IMG/VR virus record: IMGVR_UViG_3300045988_107065
Origin: a virus
Lineage: Duplodnaviria; Heunggongvirae; Uroviricota; Caudoviricetes
Length of the DNA: 34,387 nt
Direction: 5' to 3' (one strand)
The translations under genes were made by a program, and so were the position numbers. Of the stretch, positions 34,327 to 34,387 are shown piece by piece. The notes under the pieces were generated by a model. It made no database searches. It was not told the origin of the DNA and was given only the letters and a program-made list of their open reading frames with translations. The first letter of the stretch is position 1; each line of letters opens with the position of its first letter.

Positions 34327-34387
34327 GAGTTGGCATCTGAGTAGGAATGATTTGCTATGAGTTAGCTGTTAATCATTCCCACTCAAT

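Noticed and set aside
1-34387. T7-type phage RNA polymerase promoters, a phage RNA polymerase gene, or a lysis cassette
   Set aside because: No about 880 aa single-subunit RNA polymerase ORF, no 23 bp conserved non-palindromic promoter repeats, and no holin/endolysin candidates are present in this window.

Overview
This window is a nearly complete temperate phage or prophage genome, read entirely by eye (no homology search or folding was run). Bases 1-33 are Illumina adapter, so the contig is cut inside the tail fibre gene at the left edge. The layout is lambda-like: a tyrosine integrase at the right end, a plus-strand early operon (dual-HTH repressor, PD-(D/E)XK exonuclease, RecT, AlpA-like protein, MT-A70 adenine methyltransferase), and a divergent minus-strand operon (Cro-like protein, lambda O-like initiator with internal iterons, lambda P-like loader, HNH endonuclease, Ea22/DUF551-like proteins). 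The minus-strand operon continues into a podovirus-type morphogenesis module: small and large terminase, portal, scaffold, major capsid, T7 gp11/gp12-like tail tube proteins, two very large internal virion proteins (915 and 1129 aa) and a T7 gp17-like tail fibre N-terminus. A tRNA-Arg(UCU) with tandem terminators sits between terminase and portal. An accessory island (768-4152) lies between the ejection protein gene and the tail fibre gene. The most interesting signals are a 15-17 bp palindrome (A)TTACC-N5-GGTAA(T) at about 13 intergenic sites, including a three-site cluster in the cro/repressor region, and a near-consensus LexA box in front of a small gene whose product matches the C-terminal domain of the adjacent Bro-N protein, suggesting SOS-driven antirepressor induction. 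No lysis cassette, CRISPR array or transposase was recognised.
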